Assembly: GCA_000388065.2 (NCBI GenBank)
Contig: KB932202.1
Strand: one strand, 5' to 3'
Length of the DNA: 23,695 nucleotides
Origin: Fonticula alba ATCC 38817
Taxonomy: Eukaryota; Protista; Nucleariida
Made by a program: the position numbers and the translations under genes. The notes beneath the pieces were generated by a model that had not been told where the DNA came from, made no database searches, and saw only the letters and a list, made by a program, of their open reading frames with translations. This document shows positions 21,169 to 23,695 of this stretch, piece after piece; the first letter of the stretch is position 1; every line of letters starts with the position of its first letter.

Positions 21169-22916
21169 TCAGAACAGCAGACGCAGGGGGTACGTGCCGA
21201 TCTTCGCACGGAAGATGGCGAAGGACACCGACGTCGTAACCAGGAGAAGGACCGCATAGAAGAGAACGAACCCCCGGCGCTTGTAGAAGGATCCTGATGG
21301 GATGGATGGGATGTGCACCGTCAAGCCGAGAAGAGCCAGGGCGGCGAGAGCGTCTGAAGGGCACCCCCGGGTGACATGCCGGGAGAGGGAGGTCAGAAAC
21401 AAAGATCCCGAGAGCCCAACAGGAGACAGGGTCAAGGGCACGTACAGATGACAGCCACAGCATTGGTCTCGGCGACGTTCTGCGTCTGGAATCCCGGCGA
21501 GATGAGAGAGCCAGCAACCGAGCGGGGCGCCTTGCGGATGCGATTCCACATGTGCCCGGAGAGCATGTACACCGAGAAGAACTATCAGGGGAGGGCGGGT
21601 ATGAAAGTGCGTGTGAGTGCGAGAGAGAGAGAGAGGGACAGAGAGGGTGTGTGTGTGGGGGGGGGGACAGCGGGAGAAGGAGTACTCGGCCATGTGAATG
21701 CTTGTGTGTGTGTGTGTGTGTGTGCACGAGAGAGAGGCTCGGGAAGATGAAAAGGGCAAAAGAGAGCCGAGGCAATGGGCGCTGCTAGGAGAACACACCA
21801 GTGCACCGAGGCCAAGCAGGGGACCAATTCGCAGCACTGGAGTCAAAAACTTGCGCCAGAAAACCACCGTCAAGACCACGGAGGCCAGACCCACCAGGGC
21901 GGTCATCCCAAGACGGAAGTAATTCGGCGGCGGGGTGAGGGTGAAGTGCGCGAGGCCGGTCTGCTCACGAAGGAAGTTCCCGAGTGAAACGTAGATCGGC
22001 GAAGAGCTATGATGGCCACGCGAGCACGGGAGAGCATCGTCAGAGATGGTGGATTGCTGGCGGGCTGGTGCCCCATGGGCGTGTTCATTGGGGGGAGAGA
22101 GACCGGGCAGGGGGTGGCGGGTGCATGGCTATCCATCAAGGCGTACCTGTCCACGGTGAAGGGAACCGGCTCGAGGGGCTTCTTGTGGCCGAAGTAGAGC
22201 ATCATTGGGACCGTCTGCACGCCGACGCGGCGGAAGATGCTCGGAACATCAGCGTAATCCAGGACCGCGATGAAAGTGTTCTTCCGGTCGCCGGCGGCCT
22301 GCTCAGTGTGGAGCTTTGACGCGGCCAGCTCAATAGTTGGGTGGAGGGACCTGGAGGGGAGAGAAGCCGAGGGAGGGTGGTTGCGAGAAGGGGTCGGATG
22401 CCAAGTGGCAGGGACATGAGGTCAGAAAGGGGGCAGCGGCATGCGCTTTGAGCGCTGTGGCGGCGGGCCGATTCCATACATGCAGTTGGGGCAGCGCTCC
22501 GTCAGGCTGGTGAAGATCAGGAACAGATCGTAGGCCCGTTCAGAGGAGGAGGCACTGGTCAATTGAAAGAGGGAATTGAACTCGGCGTCGGCCTTGATGA
22601 AAATGGGTTTCCCCGTCTGGCGGGCGAGGCCCAGGAGCTCGGCCTGTGACCATAGTCACGGGGGGGGGGGGAGGGGGAGGGAAAGGGCAAGTCGTCAACA
22701 TTTGGTGAGCGAGAGAGCCCGGTAAAGCAGGACATAAGGCGCGCGCGCGCGCGTGTGTGTGTGTGTGTTCAAGTTAGCTGAAAGGGGAGGCTTCAGACGC
22801 ACAGTGCTCAGAGCAGGGGGCTGTTCTTTGACGCCAGGTGGTCCAGCCAGGACCACGCCCAGCAAGCACCACAGGACCGCCGCCACGTATAGTGCCAGGC
22901 GGAGGAGGAGCTTCAT
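21169..22916 (-). CDS. OST3: Oligosaccharyltransferase subunit of the OST3/OST6 (MAGT1/TUSC3) family, 336 aa. Exons 22916..22803, 22643..22480, 22350..22147, 22006..21799, 21581..21446 and 21353..21169
   Basis: Signal peptide MKLLLRLALYVAAVLWCLLGVVLAG; thioredoxin-like domain with FLIFTSL..CPNC and FIAVLDY...VP; PPNY before TM1; MLSGHMWNRIR, QNVAET and terminal IFRAKIGTYP, all matching MAGT1/TUSC3 motifs (SGQMWNHIR, QFVAET, FRSKYHGYP). Five GT-AG introns are phase-consistent; CDS is 1011 nt. Confidence 0.93.
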
Positions 22917-23606
22917 AATTGCGGACGGTGCGCGCGGTGATATGAAGCGCAAAAGAGGGGGTGGGGGAGGGAGAGGCGTGAGGGGATGAAGGAAGGGTTG
23001 AGGAGAGGGAGAGAGAGAGAGAGGAATGCTGATGGAGAGGGATGGGGATCGACGCAAACAGCGTGCCAAACAGGCGTGGAGCCACTTCTCTTTGGGGCCA
23101 TAACTCGGCGTAGGCTGTCCGTTCCGGGACCGGATGCCCCCCCGCTGGTGTCCGGCGTGGCGGGGGAGGCTGGCGAGTGGGAGCCGGGTGAAGGACGGGA
23201 CCGAGGAGATGTTGGCGATTGGGAATTTTGAAAGTCTGTCATCGTGCCCCGTGATCCGGATATCAGCCCCACGCACATGACCTAGGGCTGGCCATCGTGC
23301 GCCGATTTGCCTCTCAGACCTTGTCCGGTTCCTGGGTCATCCTGGGTGGTGAATGCTCTCGGCAGCTCAACAGGACTGCCAGAATCGGAGAGCCCCTTCG
23401 GTCCCCAGTCGCCCGCCTTGGGCCGTTCCCCACATATGTTCCCTCGAAGATCTATCTGGTCCTAAAGTGCCTCATGGGCTCCGTAGCAAGGAAAGTACCC
23501 TGCTCCTGGATTCTCTTTCTCTCTCTCTCTCTCTCCCTCCCCCCCCCTCCCCCTCTCAGCGTCCCATCCTACCTGCTTTCCCCCCTCCCCAACCCGTTGG
23601 CCTGTG

Positions 23607-23695
23607 GTACGTCTGACCTTGGTCGCACTGACCTGCTGCCCTGTCGCCACCTCTTTTCTCCCACCTCTTCCATCTCCTCCGCCTCCTCCGCCTCC
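23607..23695 (+). other. Probable start of an intron of a divergently transcribed gene running off the window
   Basis: GTACGT donor identical to the donors anchored in PABP/OST3, followed by CTGAC and a C/T-rich tract. Confidence 0.35.

Noticed and set aside
1-23695. tRNA, rRNA, snRNA, CRISPR arrays, transposase or reverse-transcriptase ORFs
   Set aside because: No diagnostic motifs or structures were seen by eye.

Overview
GC-rich, intron-containing eukaryotic scaffold with two assembly gaps. It carries many poly-C/poly-G runs and CT/GA/CA microsatellites. The style recalls protist genomes such as Fonticula alba, but that is an unverified impression. Three genes are recognisable once manually spliced: a divergent cytoplasmic poly(A)-binding protein (minus, 3 coding exons, 683 aa), complex I subunit NDUFB3/B12 (plus, 2 exons, 69 aa) and an OST3/OST6-MAGT1/TUSC3 oligosaccharyltransferase subunit (minus, 6 exons, 336 aa). 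Four further spliced genes look lineage-specific. I found no tRNA, rRNA, CRISPR array or transposon, and no multi-gene novel system. The most interesting signals are regulatory and splicing-related: a 5' splice-site consensus with a pyrimidine at +4 (GTRYG), AAG acceptors, an A-rich tract in the PABP 5' UTR, a non-canonical MLLE domain, an ORF overlapping the OST3 start codon, and an orphan protein with a possible pre-SET/half-SET-like segment. All exon boundaries were inferred by hand from reading frame, GT/AG signals and remembered family motifs; no searches were run.
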